Shown: positions 8,234-16,634 of the stretch, in pieces | How the letters are laid out: each line of letters opens with the position of its first letter | Position numbering within the stretch: position 1 is the first letter of the stretch | NCBI GenBank assembly: GCA_000995965.1 | Contig: LBYD01000002.1 | Coordinates: 7,889-71,888, forward strand | Origin: Candidatus Moranbacteria bacterium GW2011_GWC2_40_12 | Lineage (GTDB): Bacteria; Patescibacteriota; Minisyncoccia; Moranbacterales; UBA11712 | Direction: 5' to 3' | DNA: 64,000 nt | Position numbers and translations under genes: made by a program | Notes under the pieces: generated by a model | The model's input: only the letters and a program-made list of their open reading frames with translations | Databases searched by the model: none | What the model was told of the DNA's origin: nothing

Positions 8234-9400
8234 ATGACAAAGCGTCTCGCGTTGATTTTGGCACTTTTTGTTTTAGCGGCCTCTTTTCTTGGAGGTATGG
8301 TTTGGCTGGGCGGGAAAAAAAACAAAAAAGTGATTTTGCCGCCGCCTGAGGAAATTGAGGCGCCTCCACCTTCCGAAGAAATTTCCATTCCGTCCCTTCC
8401 CGGAATCGGAGAAGAAAAAACTCCCCCTCCCCCTGTTTCCATGTCTCGGCTCAAGAAGGAAGGCTGCGTCGCCGATGGAATCCTTTCGCAATACAATCCC
8501 GAGAGCGACCAGTTTATCAGCCTCGTAAACCGCTCCAATTGCTATTATCTCCACCGGGCCGTTGAAACTTGGCGCCAGCCGCCACGTTTTGAAGTTATAA
8601 ACAACGTGATGAACCGGATAACCAAAAAAGATGTTGTCTATGGAATGTTCATCGCCGAAGCTTTGGATACGAAGGATAATTACAAAAACGCCTCAAGCGG
8701 CCGCTATTTCCGCTTCCGAAAAATGTGCCACAGGGATTCCTTGAACCGCTGGGGCGAACACACCTGCGTTCCGACTTTTTCAAGTTCCGAATATCGCGAT
8801 TATTTGAAATACATCACCCGCCGGGCGATGGACCTGGGCATTCAGAGCTTCACTTTCGGACAAATACAAATGCAGGAAAGCTCAAACCGAAAATACGCTC
8901 CCCGAGTCGTCAACAGCATCCGCGAGTATGCGAAGAAAAAAGGGATTGACGTGGTGGTTGGCGCCCAGACCGGATCAATCACCGACCCGAAATATCTGAA
9001 GCTTTTTGACTATATTGAAGGCGGAGTGGGAATTGATTCAAACGGCGACATTGAAGACGGGCCATGCCTCTCTTCCAGAGGGTCCTGCTGGGCGCTTCTT
9101 TGGCACAAAAATTTCACGTCAAATGCGAAGAATGTCCTTCTCCATCTCGACTGGACCGGTATCAAGTCTGATGACCTCGATATCTTTGCCCGCATGAGCA
9201 CGGAAAAAAGAGCCGAAACGCTCCGAAAGCTCCACAAAAAATTCACTTCGCAAAATATGGGATTTCTTATGCCCTATTTCGGCGTCCTCGACACAAGTAA
9301 TGGCGGCTGCTTCGGCCCCAAGAAAAGATATTATTCCCCCGACAATGCCTACGGCTGTCGGGACGAAGACGCCATCAACGCGATTCTCGGGGGGAAGTAA
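8234..9400 (+). CDS. hypothetical membrane-anchored secreted protein (388 aa)
   Basis: N-terminal TM helix, Pro-rich linker, Cys-containing globular part; no family recognised. Confidence 0.45.
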   Translation: MTKRLALILALFVLAASFLGGMVWLGGKKNKKVILPPPEEIEAPPPSEEISIPSLPGIGEEKTPPPPVSMSRLKKEGCVADGILSQYNPESDQFISLVNRSNCYYLHRAVETWRQPPRFEVINNVMNRITKKDVVYGMFIAEALDTKDNYKNASSGRYFRFRKMCHRDSLNRWGEHTCVPTFSSSEYRDYLKYITRRAMDLGIQSFTFGQIQMQESSNRKYAPRVVNSIREYAKKKGIDVVVGAQTGSITDPKYLKLFDYIEGGVGIDSNGDIEDGPCLSSRGSCWALLWHKNFTSNAKNVLLHLDWTGIKSDDLDIFARMSTEKRAETLRKLHKKFTSQNMGFLMPYFGVLDTSNGGCFGPKKRYYSPDNAYGCRDEDAINAILGGK

Positions 9401-9625
9401 CCGTCTTTTTGGGCTGGATTCAGTATTTTTTGCCAATATTTCCAATATTGCTTCAACTAAAATAACCCTACACCCGTAAACCAGTTTACGGGTGTAAATC
9501 TTCTTAATTTGAGGAAAGGTGTTATTTTTATCCCGCTTGACCAAGTCCCGGATATTTGGTTACCATAGGGGCACTTAACAAAAGCGTAAACCGACGCAAA
9601 AACATATTTTGGAGGATATCCGTTT

Positions 9626-10345
9626 ATGGCTAAAAAGGCAATCATGTCAGACGCGATGTTCACGGTCGTTCGTGCTCCTTTTGGAAGATGGGTGCTCTAT
9701 CGGGAACTCATATTCAATCTCACCGGCGTCCAGGCCGATCCGGCGATCATTGAACTGATTTACAAGAAAGAGCGCCAAGCCGCCGAAAGCAAGGGACAGG
9801 TGGCATTCCTTAAGTCCGGCGATTACCGCCGGCATTGGGGCGCGATCAACGCCAATCTTCTCCGACAACTTGATCCATCAATCAGCCAATTGGAAGCCCA
9901 AGAAATAGGTGAGCAAATTTTTTCGGAGGTGATGTTCAATCCGACAAATTATTTGCTGCAACACGAGCTTGAAGATTTCATCTTGGCCGCCCGGGAAAAG
10001 GATTACGCGCTGTATCTTGCCACCAATCAGGAGGTTGCCGGGATAAAACGGATTCTGGAATATTTCCAAATCAGACCTTATTTCAAGAACATTTTCGTCT
10101 CCGATGTGATTGGGTTCAAAAAACCTGATCCGCGCTTCTTCGAGCATTGCATCAAGGCAACCAAATGTTCTCCTGGCCACATCGCTTTTTTAGGAAACAA
10201 TCCCCGGAACGATATGGAGGGCGCCGCGGCCGGCGGAATTTCACATCGGTTCCTTTTTGATCCGGATGGGGAGCATTTGGATACCGAATGCGCTGTCAGC
10301 TATATTCAGATCAGGAGCCTATTGGAACTTTTCAGCCACTTCTAG
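9626..10345 (+). CDS. HAD-superfamily hydrolase (degenerate motif I)
   Basis: C-terminal KPDP and GNNPRNDMEGA (motif IV-like) features; canonical DxD not evident at the N-terminus. Confidence 0.6.
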   Translation: MAKKAIMSDAMFTVVRAPFGRWVLYRELIFNLTGVQADPAIIELIYKKERQAAESKGQVAFLKSGDYRRHWGAINANLLRQLDPSISQLEAQEIGEQIFSEVMFNPTNYLLQHELEDFILAAREKDYALYLATNQEVAGIKRILEYFQIRPYFKNIFVSDVIGFKKPDPRFFEHCIKATKCSPGHIAFLGNNPRNDMEGAAAGGISHRFLFDPDGEHLDTECAVSYIQIRSLLELFSHF

Positions 10346-10358
10346 CACATCGCGCATT

Positions 10359-10390
10359 TGGGCGGACCTTCGGGACCGCCCTTTCATTTT
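10359..10390 (+). terminator. Rho-independent terminator after the HAD gene
   Basis: ggcggacc-ttcg-ggaccgcc hairpin followed by ctttcatttt. Confidence 0.55.
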
Positions 10391-10481
10391 ATAAATTTCA
10401 ATTGCCCTTTTGCCTAATTTTTGATAGAGTATATGAAGTCAATTGAGGATCTTTTCCAATTCAAAAAGTTGACGGACTGAA

Positions 10482-10676
10482 ATGCCAAAAGGAGATAAAA
10501 AAGTTATGGTGGCCTTGGTTGTCATTATTTTTGTCTTTTTTATCATTCTCGGCCTTGTGTATCTTCTCGCAAGTCTTTATAACAAAGACCGGAATATCGT
10601 GGGCGGGGCGATTTTGATGTTGCTCTCGTGCGTCATTCTCCTCGCGCTTTTCCTCATTTCCGTCTATAACCGCTAA
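10482..10676 (+). CDS. hypothetical 2-TM small membrane protein (64 aa)
   Basis: Two hydrophobic helices; followed by a GC hairpin and T7 run (10694-10717). Confidence 0.45.
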   Translation: MPKGDKKVMVALVVIIFVFFIILGLVYLLASLYNKDRNIVGGAILMLLSCVILLALFLISVYNR

Positions 10677-10843
10677 TCGCTTTTAATCAGTAACCCCCTC
10701 GCGGGGTATTTTTTTCATTTTCCCAACTTAGCATTTTGCCACGGCCGTGGGAAAATGCTGAATGCGCGTTCTTGGCTTCGCTAAGGTTCGACATTAGTGA
10801 AGCTCTAGTGTTTCAAATAAAATACCAAAATTTTACTTTTAAC

Positions 10844-10872
10844 TTGACATAAATAAATTGAGGTACTAGAAT
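10844..10872 (+). promoter_or_regulatory. Near-consensus sigma-70 promoter (TTGACA-17 nt-TAGAAT)
   Basis: ttgacataaataaattgaggtactagaat, ~70 nt upstream of the 10942 ORF. Confidence 0.5.
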
Positions 10873-10941
10873 TTCCTATCAACTTTTTAATGTTGATATT
10901 TACAGAAAACCCAATTTTGCCACGAGGGAGGGCATCGTATC

Positions 10942-11244
10942 ATGGAAAAGGATTATTTGCTGAACAGAGCATCGCTTTTCGCCATCGCGAATCGGGAGAA
11001 TCGGCCTTTGGGCTTCGGCTGTCCCGAAAGCGGTCTGTACATTTTCACCTACGTATTCACGACCAAAGAATCAGCTCAAAGGTACCTGGATAGTCGTGAT
11101 ACGAAGATCAAAGGGATCTGCTCCATCGTCGGTCCCTTCGGCAATTTCAAGGCGTTAATGGCGCACTTTGACTTCCGGGGAAGTGGGCACGGTTTTCGGT
11201 TTTTCGATGAAAAAGGACATGCTGTCCTCGAACACCATGCTTGA
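10942..11244 (+). CDS. hypothetical protein (100 aa)
   Basis: ORF downstream of a strong promoter, followed by the family-2 hairpin repeat; no motif recognised. Confidence 0.45.
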   Translation: MEKDYLLNRASLFAIANRENRPLGFGCPESGLYIFTYVFTTKESAQRYLDSRDTKIKGICSIVGPFGNFKALMAHFDFRGSGHGFRFFDEKGHAVLEHHA

Positions 11245-11273
11245 GGCGCAACAAATCACCATTCGGAAAAAAG

Positions 11274-11315
11274 GTGCGACCAGTCGAGGACGGTCCTCGA
11301 CTTAATCATTTTTGA
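11274..11315 (+). terminator. Family-2 repeat, terminator-like (GTGCGACCAGTCGAGGACGGTCCTCGACTTAATCATTTTT)
   Basis: Palindrome gtcgaggac-g-gtcctcgac followed by a T-run; a second copy lies at 14286-14322. Confidence 0.5.
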
Positions 11316-11491
11316 ATGTAACAAAAAATCCAAGTCTAAATAATCAGGAGGGAAAAGCAGCGTCAGGGTCAAATTCCAGCGCGGCCATGGAATCGCGATT
11401 GTTGAGATGCCCATCGCGGAAATCTCTTCGGGTGCGATTGCGAAACTGAGAAAGAAAATCTGATCTGCGACCATTTGAAAACGATCCTCAA

Positions 11492-11932
11492 TTGAATCAG
11501 ACTGCCACTGCCCAGGAGGAATGGCTCATGCCCGATAATGATTGGCCACCGATCCTTGAAGGAATCTTGGCGGAATTGAACTCGCCTGCCTGCACATCGC
11601 ATTACGTCGAGTTTGTCGCCTGCCTGTATGGCAAGCACCGGTCATTTTGTCCACCCGAGATTATCCCGAATATGATCGATTCCCTGCAAAAATCGATGAT
11701 TATCGCGCCCTTCCTGGAGGGTCTTGTCGATACGGCTGTTGGGAATCTCAAAATTCAGCTCAGGAAACATACGGGACCTGAACCGCCGGCTGAATGCCCG
11801 GATTGCGGCGGAAAACTGGAAAAGGCCACCGGGCACAGGGAAGTCATAAAAGGCGACCTTAAGTGCGTCGGCGATTGCAAGAAGTTCTTTTTCTTCGTCA
11901 TTGGCCAATTGAGGCCTGGCCACAATGATTAA
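11492..11932 (+). CDS. hypothetical protein with C-terminal CPDCGG...CVGDC zinc-ribbon-like motif (146 aa)
   Basis: CxxC...CxxxC pairs near the C-terminus; otherwise unrecognised. Confidence 0.4.
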   Translation: MNQTATAQEEWLMPDNDWPPILEGILAELNSPACTSHYVEFVACLYGKHRSFCPPEIIPNMIDSLQKSMIIAPFLEGLVDTAVGNLKIQLRKHTGPEPPAECPDCGGKLEKATGHREVIKGDLKCVGDCKKFFFFVIGQLRPGHND

Positions 11933-12027
11933 GAGTTAGCTTCAAGCCTGGAGCAAACGGTTGCGGGAAATGCGCTTTCATAGGCGCTCCCCGCAACCGC
12001 TTTTTTATTTCGTTTCCGAGCTAATCT

Positions 12028-12050
12028 ATCCCAACATTCAATGTTGGGAT
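12028..12050. repeat. Family-1 palindrome (atcccaacatt-c-aatgttgggat, perfect 11-bp stem), directly 3' of the abrB-like gene
   Basis: Read from the sequence. Confidence 0.45.
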
Positions 12051-12051
12051 T

Positions 12052-12225
12052 TCATTTTTTGCTCCGAGCGTCTTTGATAAGCAATCCGCCCTTGACCCGT
12101 TGGATGGCCAGCTTCTGCCGCTCCCGCCAGCCGAGATCGCGGATGTGTTCTTTGGGCAGGACTACATACATACTCCCCCGCCCGGTTTTGGTGAGTTTTC
12201 TCACAACTTTTTCTTTTTTCGCCAT
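12052..12225 (-). CDS. AbrB/MazE/SpoVT-like small DNA-binding protein (57 aa), copy 1
   Basis: Manual translation (below the ORF-track size cutoff): MAKKEKVVRKLTKTGRGSMYVVLPKEHIRDLGWRERQKLAIQRVKGGLLIKDARSKK, which resembles the swapped-hairpin AbrB/SpoVT fold pattern. Confidence 0.55.
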   Translation of the reverse strand: MAKKEKVVRKLTKTGRGSMYVVLPKEHIRDLGWRERQKLAIQRVKGGLLIKDARSKK

Positions 12226-12251
12226 CGCTTTGCTTCTATATTTTTATTAAG

Positions 12252-12271
12252 TAACGTAGATCGCTACGTTA
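12252..12271. promoter_or_regulatory. Perfect palindrome TAACGTAGATCGCTACGTTA in the 5' region of the abrB-like gene (candidate auto-operator)
   Basis: 10-bp arms, 27 nt upstream of the minus-strand ATG; copy 2 at 16459-16478. Confidence 0.5.
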
Positions 12272-12414
12272 CCCATTTTATACCGCATAGCGTAAATCGG
12301 ACAAATGAAAATTGGGGTTGCTTTCCTCCTCGCGGTTTTTTTGTTTTGGAGTATAATAGAAATGACCCAAAAAACAGGAGGGAGGATCTGTTTTTTTGGT
12401 TAATCCCAAAATAT

Positions 12415-14238
12415 ATGCCCACCAAAACAACGCGCTACCGGAAATATTCTTTCCCCATCGCCTACGCCGGGATTTGCCCCGAAAAAGACGGTTTTTTTGC
12501 TGCTGTCCAAAACGGGAAAAAAGTTTCTGCGATTGAATTTGTGAAGTGCCCGACCAAAAAAATTGACCAGAAAATTTTCTCCTGGCTCCAGAAATTTGCC
12601 GCTAGAAATGAAATAAAAATCGTCGGCTGCGGACTGGCGATTGAAGAAGCTTCCAAAAAAATTGACGAGCTTACTTCCGACCTTTGGCTCAAGCAGGACA
12701 TCGTGCCCTATGTTTTCAACATCCAGTCAAAGAACTCGAAAAAGAAAGCGCGAAGCGCCGCCGCCGAAGTGGCAAAAAGATTCGGGCATGACCACATCGT
12801 TGATGTTTCTTTCGATCCGGAGCGGCGAGTCCGCACGGTGCGCCTGGCAAGCCTCGACGATTTCCGAAGAACAATCGGACGGGATGATTTTCAGGAACTT
12901 CGAAATTTGGCTGAAAAATTCAAGGCGCAGGAAGGAAGACTCTATTTTTTCAGCTCTACTCCCCGCGGAGGCGGAGTGGCCATCATGCGCCATGCTATAA
13001 TCAGGCTTTTTCGCCTTCTCGGAATTGACGCCAATTGGTATGTTTTGAGCTCAAAAAGAGAGGTTTTCGGAGTCACAAAGAGAAAAATTCACAATGTCCT
13101 TCAAAATGTGGCTCCGCCCGACACAAAATTTGCCTCGCGGGACAAAAAAATTCTTTCCGAGTGGTCGAAAAAGAACGCAAGGAATTTCGAACCGATATTC
13201 AAAAGAGCCAAAGTGATTGCCATTGATGATTACCAGCCCTCGGGAATGATTCCCTGTATCAAAAAAATAAATCCGAAAGCCAAAATTATCTACCGCTCCC
13301 ATATCCAGATTGAGGCCAGCCTGATAAAGAAAAAAGACACTATCCAAAGCGAAGTCTGGGGGCATCTTTGGAAAAATATCCGCTTCGCCGATGTTTTTGT
13401 GAGCCACCCGATTGAAAAATTCATTCCCTCGAACGTCCCCCGCCAGAAAACCGTCCTTATGGCCCCCTCGACCGACAAGTTGGACGGCCTCAACAAAAAA
13501 CTTTCACCAAGCCAGCTGAAATTCTATATCAATCTTTTCAATAAACAGTCTTTAGGCTCTCCGCTCGACATGAAAAGACCCTACGTCATCCAGATCGCCC
13601 GCTTTGACCCGTCAAAAGGAATTCAGGACGTCATTGAATCATACCGCAAACTCCGCAAAAAACTCGATGCCGCAAAAATTCCCAAAAAAAATATCCCCCA
13701 GCTCGTGATCGCCGGACACGGCTCGGTTGACGACCCGGAGGGAGATTTCATTTTCACTTCCACTCTGAATCTTCTTGAGATGGATACCTACAAAGATATT
13801 TCCCCTGACATCAAAGTTGCCAAAGTCCCTCATAGCGATCAGATTTTGAACGCGCTCCTCAGCGAAAGCCTCATCGTCCTTCAGCTTTCCCATAAAGAAG
13901 GTTTTGAGTTCAAAGTGACGGAAGCGCTTCACAAGGGAAAGCCGGTGGTGGCCTACCGTACAGGAGGAATTCCGCTCCAAGTTGAACATGGCATCAGCGG
14001 GTATCTTGTTAAAACCGGAAACACCAACCAGGTTGCCCGATATTTGTTCAAGCTTCTAATAGACAAAAAGAAATATCTTGAAATGTCCCGAAACGCCAAA
14101 GATCATCTCAAAAAAGATTTTTTTACCGCATCAAGCGCCGCCAAGTGGCTTTTTCTTGCAACTGAGCTTTTGGAAAAAGGAAAAATCAAAGGCAACCGGA
14201 AATTGGTCCGGGATCTGATGGCTAAGGCAAAAAAATGA
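12415..14238 (+). CDS. GT-B fold glycosyltransferase (GT4-like) with ~130-aa N-terminal extension
   Basis: C-terminal EGFEFKVTEALHKGKPVV (E-G-F-G...E-A...G-x-P-V-V) motif and N-terminal GGGVAIMRH...G glycine-rich nucleotide-sugar binding region. Start chosen at the first Met after the abrB-like gene; the track ORF from 12100 overlaps that gene. Confidence 0.65.
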   Translation: MPTKTTRYRKYSFPIAYAGICPEKDGFFAAVQNGKKVSAIEFVKCPTKKIDQKIFSWLQKFAARNEIKIVGCGLAIEEASKKIDELTSDLWLKQDIVPYVFNIQSKNSKKKARSAAAEVAKRFGHDHIVDVSFDPERRVRTVRLASLDDFRRTIGRDDFQELRNLAEKFKAQEGRLYFFSSTPRGGGVAIMRHAIIRLFRLLGIDANWYVLSSKREVFGVTKRKIHNVLQNVAPPDTKFASRDKKILSEWSKKNARNFEPIFKRAKVIAIDDYQPSGMIPCIKKINPKAKIIYRSHIQIEASLIKKKDTIQSEVWGHLWKNIRFADVFVSHPIEKFIPSNVPRQKTVLMAPSTDKLDGLNKKLSPSQLKFYINLFNKQSLGSPLDMKRPYVIQIARFDPSKGIQDVIESYRKLRKKLDAAKIPKKNIPQLVIAGHGSVDDPEGDFIFTSTLNLLEMDTYKDISPDIKVAKVPHSDQILNALLSESLIVLQLSHKEGFEFKVTEALHKGKPVVAYRTGGIPLQVEHGISGYLVKTGNTNQVARYLFKLLIDKKKYLEMSRNAKDHLKKDFFTASSAAKWLFLATELLEKGKIKGNRKLVRDLMAKAKK

Positions 14239-14285
14239 GATTATAAGTAGTTTAGTTTGCTTTTTTCACTCTTAAAATAAAAATT

Positions 14286-14322
14286 GTGCGACCGGTCGAG
14301 GACGGTTCTCGACTGAGTCATT
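14286..14322 (+). terminator. Family-2 repeat copy 2 (GTGCGACCGGTCGAGGACGGTTCTCGACTGAGTCATT)
   Basis: ~85% identical to 11274-11315; contains a hairpin. Confidence 0.4.
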
Positions 14323-14428
14323 AGGCCAGATTTCATATTTTCCCGCGGGCGGGAAACGGTGCAAACAAAAAAAAGCGGCGCACCCTTCCTTTGCAGGCCG
14401 GGTACGCCGATCGTAAAATGTTCATTGC

Positions 14429-16036
14429 CTAGTGGCCGAAGAAGCCGCGGCCTTTGCTGTCGGGGATCATATAGAGAACGATGCCTTTGTCCTGGCAATA
14501 TTTGATCACCTTTTTGTCCCTGACAGACCCGCTGGTGGTGAATACGGCTTTCACTCCCGCTCTCTCGAGGGCGATCACACCATCGGTCTCCGGGAAGAAG
14601 CTGTCACTCGCGGCTACGGCGCCCTGGATGTCGTGTTTGCAGCTTCTGGCCCTGGTGATGGCAAGCCGAGCGCCGTAAACCCGGGCCTGCTGGCCGACGC
14701 CGTCCCCGATGAGCATCTCGTCCTTGACCAACGTCACCGTATTGCTGTTGGAAGTGTGGCACACGGCTATGGCGAGGAGCAAATCGCTTTCCTGTACTGG
14801 AGTGGCCTGGCCATATTTTTTGAGTTCCGGATCATTGAAGTCAGGAACGTACAAATAATTCGGCTGGGTTGAGAACCCTCCTCTCAAATACCGAAACCGG
14901 GTAGCCGTGTCCAAGCTGCGCCGGTTTAGCTTCTCCAGGGCGGGATTCACCATCAGCCGGCACTTATCGCCCTTTCGCTTCAGCTGATCGATAGTATCGT
15001 CGTCAAAGGATGGAGCGACAATGCCGTCCAAAAGCCTCCGCGCGCCTTCCGGCATGCCGTGGGTCAAAATGGTTTCGGCAATCTCGGCGGTTACCGGAAA
15101 ATTGAGCATCAAAAACCCGCCGAAGATGGCCAGAGGATCTCCATCGACCACCCTCCAGATAACCGCCTCGGGACTGCCACTAAAAGCAGCTCCGCACGGG
15201 TTGCCGTGTTTCACGGCGACGGCTACGCGCGGCACTATGCCACGGTTCACGTCAAAGGAGGCCGCGATGTGGGTGATGGTCTGGACCAGCCTGTCAATGT
15301 CGCACCAATTGTTGGAACTGGGAGCGGTCCCGGCGACTAGTTCAAAACTGTCCACCGCCATGGGATCGCCTGATCCGGTCGTATATACAACGGCCGGAGT
15401 CTGGGAAGCGTTCTCGCCATATTTGCACATCGCGAACTGCTTGCCGAAAACGCCGTCGTATCCGCCACTGCTGTGGTATTGGGCGGAGGCCATGACGTAT
15501 TTGGCAACGGTGAATTCAGCCTTGGCGACCAGCTTGGTGATGAATGCCTCCCGGTCAGGTTCGCCGTCTTTCAGCCAACGGATCACCCTCTGGCGGTCAA
15601 ACGCGTCGCAGACAACGATCCGCCGGCCTTTGGCAGCCGAACGGAGCAGGGTCGGCCCCCCGATATCGGTTTTTTCGATGACCGACTCCGGGGTGCTTTC
15701 AGGACGGGCAATTTCCGATTGGAGAGGATACATGTCGTTGACCACCATGTCGATAAAGGGAATGGCTTCCGCTTCCAGCTCGGCTAAATCTTCCGCGATG
15801 GGCCTGGCCAGAAGTCCGGCGTGAATTTCCCGGGAAAGCGTAACCACGCGGTGACCAAGGATCGGTTTCCCGACCATCGTGGCAACGTCAGTCACCCCAA
15901 TTCCAGCCTCTCTGAGAACCTTGGCCGTTCCGCCGGACGAAAGAATCGTCCAGCCGAGAGCCACGAGCTCCCGGGCGAATTCCACGATCCCGGCCTTGTC
16001 GAAGACCGAAATCAACGCATACTTTGCTTTCTTCAT
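14429..16036 (-). CDS. purH: bifunctional AICAR transformylase / IMP cyclohydrolase PurH
   Basis: MGS-like N-terminus ALISVFDKAGIVEFARELVALGWTILSSGGTAKVL and 535 aa length. Confidence 0.95.
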   Translation of the reverse strand: MKKAKYALISVFDKAGIVEFARELVALGWTILSSGGTAKVLREAGIGVTDVATMVGKPILGHRVVTLSREIHAGLLARPIAEDLAELEAEAIPFIDMVVNDMYPLQSEIARPESTPESVIEKTDIGGPTLLRSAAKGRRIVVCDAFDRQRVIRWLKDGEPDREAFITKLVAKAEFTVAKYVMASAQYHSSGGYDGVFGKQFAMCKYGENASQTPAVVYTTGSGDPMAVDSFELVAGTAPSSNNWCDIDRLVQTITHIAASFDVNRGIVPRVAVAVKHGNPCGAAFSGSPEAVIWRVVDGDPLAIFGGFLMLNFPVTAEIAETILTHGMPEGARRLLDGIVAPSFDDDTIDQLKRKGDKCRLMVNPALEKLNRRSLDTATRFRYLRGGFSTQPNYLYVPDFNDPELKKYGQATPVQESDLLLAIAVCHTSNSNTVTLVKDEMLIGDGVGQQARVYGARLAITRARSCKHDIQGAVAASDSFFPETDGVIALERAGVKAVFTTSGSVRDKKVIKYCQDKGIVLYMIPDSKGRGFFGH

Positions 16037-16237
16037 AAGCCTTCTCCTTGAATTAGAATGGCCTGCTTCTATTTTACTCCTAAACCTCCTTTAGTCGAAT
16101 TTAACTGATTTTTAAAATTGCATCTGCCTGAAAAAGCAGTCCCTTATAGTAGCAGATGTTTATATTTAACCGCAAGCATGATGTCCCTCCTCCCCCAGCA
16201 CGCGGATGGAATAAAAAAAGCGCTCGAAGGACTCATA

Positions 16238-16254
16238 CCAACATTCAATGTTGG
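16238..16254. repeat. Family-1 palindrome (ccaacatt-c-aatgttgg) 3' of abrB-like copy 2
   Basis: Read from the sequence. Confidence 0.4.
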
Positions 16255-16258
16255 GATT

Positions 16259-16432
16259 TCACTTCTTGCTCCGGGCGTCTTTGATGAGCAGTCCTCCCTT
16301 CACACGTTGGACGACCAGCTTCTGCCGCTCCCGCCAACCCAAGTCTCGAATATGCTCTTTCGGCAGCACGACATACATGCTCCCCCGTCCCGTTTTGGTA
16401 AGTTTCCGGATAATCTCTTCTTTTTTCGCCAT
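16259..16432 (-). CDS. AbrB/MazE/SpoVT-like small DNA-binding protein (57 aa), copy 2
   Basis: Manual translation: MAKKEEIIRKLTKTGRGSMYVVLPKEHIRDLGWRERQKLVVQRVKGGLLIKDARSKK; 5 conservative substitutions relative to copy 1. Confidence 0.55.
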   Translation of the reverse strand: MAKKEEIIRKLTKTGRGSMYVVLPKEHIRDLGWRERQKLVVQRVKGGLLIKDARSKK

Positions 16433-16458
16433 TGTTTTGATTTTATATTTTTACCAAG

Positions 16459-16478
16459 TAACGTAGATATCTACGTTA
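16459..16478. promoter_or_regulatory. Perfect palindrome TAACGTAGATATCTACGTTA (operator, copy 2)
   Basis: Same arms as 12252-12271 with a different central dinucleotide. Confidence 0.5.
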
Positions 16479-16634
16479 CCCGCGTTACCCATATTATCCC
16501 GCAAAGCCGAAAATCGGGCAAATGAAATAACTCTTGATTATCCCCTCCCTCGCGGGGGTTTTTGTTTTGGGGTATAATTAAATCACAAATTTGCTGCGGA
16601 AGAACCGCCGCAGAATAATACTTCAAATAAACAG

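Noticed and set aside
12052-12225. AbrB/MazE-like small genes as antitoxins of type II TA pairs
   Set aside because: Neither copy is followed on its strand by a toxin-sized ORF (no MazF/PemK/PIN fold candidate). A divergent-regulator architecture fits better.
12100-14238. The 712-aa ORF-track call starting at 12100 for the glycosyltransferase
   Set aside because: Its first ~100 codons are antisense to the conserved abrB-like gene and run through the palindromic operator. The first Met after that gene (12415) gives a sensible GT-B protein.
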